64,000 bases of DNA from Laetmonice hystrix (Eukaryota): positions 39,372,001 to 39,436,000 of the forward strand of contig OZ249436.1 in assembly GCA_965235115.1 (NCBI GenBank), given 5' to 3'. This document shows, in pieces, positions 59,440 through 64,000 of the stretch (the first letter of the stretch is position 1; each line of letters opens with the position of its first letter). The notes beneath the pieces are model-generated. The model was not told the origin of the DNA and ran no database searches. It saw nothing but the letters and a program-made list of their open reading frames with translations. The position numbers and the translations under genes were made by a program.

Positions 59440-62400
59440 ATGGCTGAGGTGTTATTTCGCGCGAAGCTTACCCGCCACGATAGCTCGACCCCGTGGGGGT
59501 TTCGTCTGCAAGGAGGGGCGGACTTCAATAAGCCGCTCACACTACTCAAGGTGAGTGGACCGTCTTCGCTCGCCTTCTCGGCATCCCTTCCGTACCCTCA
59601 ACCAGGCATAGCCTACTGTGAATCACATAGTCTTGGCGGACGGAATCCTACCACGGAATGGAAGCCTTCAAGTGGTCCTGTTCGTGTAAACCGGCGATAA
59701 TTATCTTTGATTGGAAGTTTCCTTGCATCTACGAAATAAGACGACCGGGAGACTATAGAGTGCAGATTGAACGATCGGCTGAAATTGGATATGGACTGCA
59801 TGATCCCCATGCAGGAGGAAATGGGGCGCGGCCTTGTCAACTGGCGAGTGGTCAGACGGTCATATAGCAGACTGGTGGGGGTGGGGGTTCCAAGGCTGGC
59901 CCCTAAACATAATAATTATATAATTATAGATTAAACCAATAGGTCCTTCCAGAGGGGGCTAATAAAAACCAGGGAAAAAATTGATGTGAATAAGGCCAGT
60001 CCGATATAGGCCAGTGGGTCTGCTCTCAAGTTGACAATGTAGTTTTACTAACTCCCGTGAAATGATTGATAGCTGGTGAAAAAAAGGAGTCAAGTTATTG
60101 CAAATTCTTTATATGCTGCAACGAATAAGGGAGACTCGATCTGGTTTGAGGCCATGTGCATCGTTTGTAACGAGCAGTCTGAGGAGGACGTTTACATACC
60201 AGGATCTGGGAGAAAGATGAAATGCTTTAAATAGAACGTTAGGGAAATCTGGTCCGAGCATCCCAGTTGGGGAACAGGTATAGTGGTTACTATGGCAACG
60301 GGAGGCAGAGAGCCGAGCATCGCTCAAAGATCGTGTTACAATTTGCTGGTTCTGTCTGCGTACGCAGTGTGTGGCGTTCGGGCCTCCTTCGCTGTATTAT
60401 GAAACTCCGATGCCGGAAAAAAAATTGCTGGAATTATTTTTTTCATATTCCCTGTCAGGAATTGATAGGAAAGCGTTTGATGAAAAAAAAAGTTTCGAAG
60501 TATGAATTATTATGTAAATCATAAATAACAATATATATTTTATAGGTCTACATGTGTGCGTGAAACGAGGTTTATCTTCTGGCCCTCTGACGGGTATCTG
60601 CATACATGCCATATAATCGCCTTAGATTCCGGAATGTCGTCACAAGGTATACACTCTGTGTTGGCCATTGAAACGCGTGCCTCTGGGCCTCCCAAACCCG
60701 TGCTCCGCCTCACCCCAACCACACCAACACCCACATCCACACCCACACCCCCACCCACATCCACCTCTCTACTCCACTGCCCTCCACACCAGTGCCAAAG
60801 AACCCAGATATCGATGGAGGCTCCTTCCTCTGACAGGTGCCAGAACTATGCACCGTCCTGACTGCAAGCATGTGCAGCTAATGAATGACATGAAACGGAC
60901 ACTGTCCGCATCATGGGATATACTTAGCTGTCTTAGCTGTCCTAGGCTTTTTGGAGCAGACCAATCAGGCTTATTCGAATATCTCCCCCATAACCATCAA
61001 AAATATTTCTTTCCTTAGCGACATAAATCATTGCAAGTAGCCTACGGCTGTCGGGTCAGAACCCAAGGAGTAATCGCGTAGCAAACTAGATACGTTGTGG
61101 TGATACCACAATGGATCCCATTCCCGGGGTGTCCCGTCCAACATGTTAACAGAAGGGATAACAATGGTGCTATCATGCACCCGTGACGACGTATTAGCCT
61201 TAGAAGATGCAAATTATGTCATTATGACAAATGAAACAGCATATGTAACTTCTTATTAGTGATTAATAGTAACTCTGGTTCTAACCTCAACCATTAACAA
61301 GTTATATCCCTGAGAAAATATGGATGACATCGTTATGACGTCATAGGTCACGTGACCTAAAAAATAATGGTCCCAAATGAAAGCGCATATCCTATTGGTC
61401 TTCAATAGTAACTATGGCCCTAACTGGCACTGTTTAGAAGTTGTATCCATAGATAGCTAAACTGACCACTGTTGAAAACTTCAAGGTCACGTGATTCACC
61501 GAATATAGTTCAAATCGCTTATCCCTGGATGGTTCTATTAACGCACTTATTAGAGAGTGTTCCGGCCCAAATTTTACCAAACAATAAAGAAGAAGGAGCG
61601 ATTTAACCGATTTGTAAGGTGAGGCCCAGTTCTCCCAAATGTCAAAGGTCAACGGTCAAATGAAGGCTCAATTTTAAGGATGACCCATGCCTGATTATAT
61701 AGCACCATGATTCTCAATATGAGCTTAAAATGGCCTGAATGTATAAATCACGTTTGACGTCATGACGTTACGTCACGTGACGTCATGACTCATGGTCAAG
61801 ATGCCTACCAAGTTTGGTTGAGATATCTTGAAAACTGAGATAGACGTACTATTTACTACAACGCAAAGACCATACAATTTCAAGATCCCATCCCCCTATT
61901 TACCATGAGTATATCCATGAGGCATACATGTAAATTATACTATTTGAAAATACGCAGGTCCATGCATGACATGTATAATATTACATGTACTGTCATGTAT
62001 ATGTCCCACAAATTATGTACGCATATATCATGAACATGTAGCCATGAACAGCCCCAAAATAATGTGTTTAGGCGGTGAGTAGGGGCCACTCCATGGTATG
62101 GTACGAGACTCCGGCCCAGTCGTGTAACATATAAATAGACAACACCCACTGCTTAAGTTAAGATATTTTGTCGGTGGGACACACGAGGCACAGAAAACGT
62201 ACCCTGGTGCAGGTGTCTGCTGCGGTATCCTAAACCACAGGTCATTTTTACCTCGATACTAACGGATTAGAGTCGCCATGACTACCCTCTAAAATACTTG
62301 AAAGATGGTCTGATGAAAGTTTGCTGTTCACCCTTCGATATATAGATAATTGCTATAGACTACAACTCTCTATATATATGTATGTAAAAATGTATCTTGA

Positions 62401-62956
62401 TATTCGTTAATCCCCCCCCCCCCCCAGTTGATTCTCGATGATTGAGATAGGCCCTCTCACATCGTATGGGTATAACTGTAACGTTGAAGTCTGTTTTGTT
62501 TTTTTATTCAATGCCATCAGTATGCACCTATACTTCTATACTGTCTAAAAAATAAAGTTGAGTTCAAAGGAGAAGGGAACTCCTGAATATAGACCATCTT
62601 TTTTTCTTCCTACCCAGCAAAATCAACGAAAGAAACACCATGCACTAACGGTAGAAATCCGCCCTTTTTTGTAGTGGGGCTGGGGAACCCCTCGGTTCAG
62701 AACATCCTTTTGTTATTGCTGATGTATCGTTTTGTGCAATACAGAGACAGTGTTATGATGTATTTTAACACTATGATAAAAGGTGTATGTTTGGTTTCGT
62801 ACAGGTTGTCGAGGAGAGCGTGGCGGCCAAGGGTGGTCTCCACGCCAGTGACATCCTCGTGAAGTTGGCTGGAAGATCGGCTGAAGGAATGACCCATAAA
62901 GACGCCCAGGAGGCGATTATCGCCGCCGGTAATGCCCTGGAGATTATTGTCGAGAG
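59440..62956 (+). CDS. PDZ domain protein of the PDLIM/Zasp (ALP/Enigma) type, first two coding exons (59440-59550, 62805-62956); continues beyond the window
   Basis: MAEVLFRAKLTRHDSSTPWGFRLQGGADFNKPLTLLK|VVEESVAAKGGLHASDILVKLAGRSAEGMTHKDAQEAIIAAGNALEIIVER. N-terminal PWGFRLxGGxDF PDZ signature; GT-AG intron in phase 0. Confidence 0.9.
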
Positions 62957-63373
62957 GTGAGGAGGATTAACCGCTAATTCTGAGAGATGAATACAAAATT
63001 AATAATCATGTTCATTATAGCGTTGTAATTTGTCATGTGCATGGTTTTCTATTCTGTCGCCTGAGACCCATGAATTACCTAAAAACATACTTACTAGCAA
63101 ATAGAAAATGATAAATTTATTCTTTAAGAGGGAAATGTTAACCATTGTTACCTAAAAAAAACTTTATTTATTTGTAATTCTCCAGAAAGGCAGGGGATAT
63201 GAAAATCCAATAAAATCAACCCCCTTATGCTGTGAACATCTCAAGCGTGCCGTTGATTAAGAATTCCTATAGATCTAACTACAAACAAACGCTGATTATC
63301 ATGTTTTCAATCTGTAAGTACCATGATGTAGCCGAAGTTGAACAGGTCCGTTTGTTGATAAAGATCGCCTTAA

Positions 63374-63717
63374 AGGGGCACATATTATTGGAGGAATCGC
63401 ACTTTCAAACGACTTTTGAATCTTTTGTGAAATGCAAAACATAAAAGATTTGGGCGAAAACCGTCGTCTTGGCCGAGAAATGGCATAACTTCCAACGGGG
63501 TCACTTAGGGCCACGCCCCCACCCCAACCCCAACCCCCACCCCCTCCCCTCTACAATGCTTAACTACTGAATTTCGATGTACACCAAAATTCACTTTGGG
63601 GGCTGCCTGTGACTTGAGTACAGACGCTATTTTCAGGGTAGGACTATTGATTTCGGACGTCTTTATGCTATCATTATAATTAGAAAAACGCAAAGTCAGT
63701 CGAAATATTGTGCCCCT
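63374..63717. mobile_element. Kolobok-like TTAA MITE
   Basis: TTAA|AGGGGCACA...TGTGCCCCT|TTAA. Confidence 0.75.
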
Positions 63718-64000
63718 TTAACTGGTTGCGGTGGGCTTTGATTCGTTTAGACTTACAGCTGCATGTAATTGGTTACGTTTCGTTGTTTTTCTTCCTATAT
63801 TCTTCCTTACTTTTTCTCGCTGTACCACGTACTAACTGGATGTTTCATGTACACATTAATTTTGCTTATTGAAATTTAGATCAAACACTCGAGGACGATG
63901 AGTAAGTACATCACCCGCAAAACAGGAGACAGTGGTTATTAAATATAAGTTATTTATAGATTACAAAACAAATATGATGAGTGAGACCCCATAACCCTAT

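Noticed and set aside
60556..61018. Pro/Thr/His-rich ORFs in the PDZ gene intron
   Set aside because: They derive from a CCCACA microsatellite. The PDZ domain is complete without them.

Overview
Eukaryotic (animal) genomic DNA, most likely from a marine invertebrate; the taxon cannot be fixed from the sequence. The window is dominated by an inverted, tail-to-tail pair of 35-coding-exon genes: copy A on + at 2460-25378 and copy B on - at 30111-56141. I spliced both by hand through consistent intron phases into open proteins of about 2,480 aa. Each is a GRL101-like (type C LGR) LDLa-LRR-7TM receptor with a very large mosaic ectodomain: signal peptide, beta-defensin-like Cys module, ApeC (apextrin C-terminal) domain, kringle, F-type-lectin fold, F5/8C discoidin, second F-type-lectin fold, SUEL-like module, 2 CUB, C-type lectin (EPN), 4 LDLa, Caspr-type fibrinogen-like domain, about 3 more LDLa, and LRRs. 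The cytoplasmic tail resembles a truncated, catalytically dead kinase C-lobe. The two copies show a patchwork of near-identical and diverged exons, consistent with gene conversion. An apparently intact Ngaro-type tyrosine-recombinase retrotransposon (45178-49902) sits about 4 nt from a splice acceptor in copy B. The introns and intergenic DNA hold many non-autonomous DNA transposons (TTAA/Kolobok-like, Harbinger-like, Crypton-like), a LINE 3' fragment and a SINE. The first two coding exons of a PDZ(-LIM)/Zasp-like gene start at 59440. All domain calls are motif recognition by eye; no database search was run.
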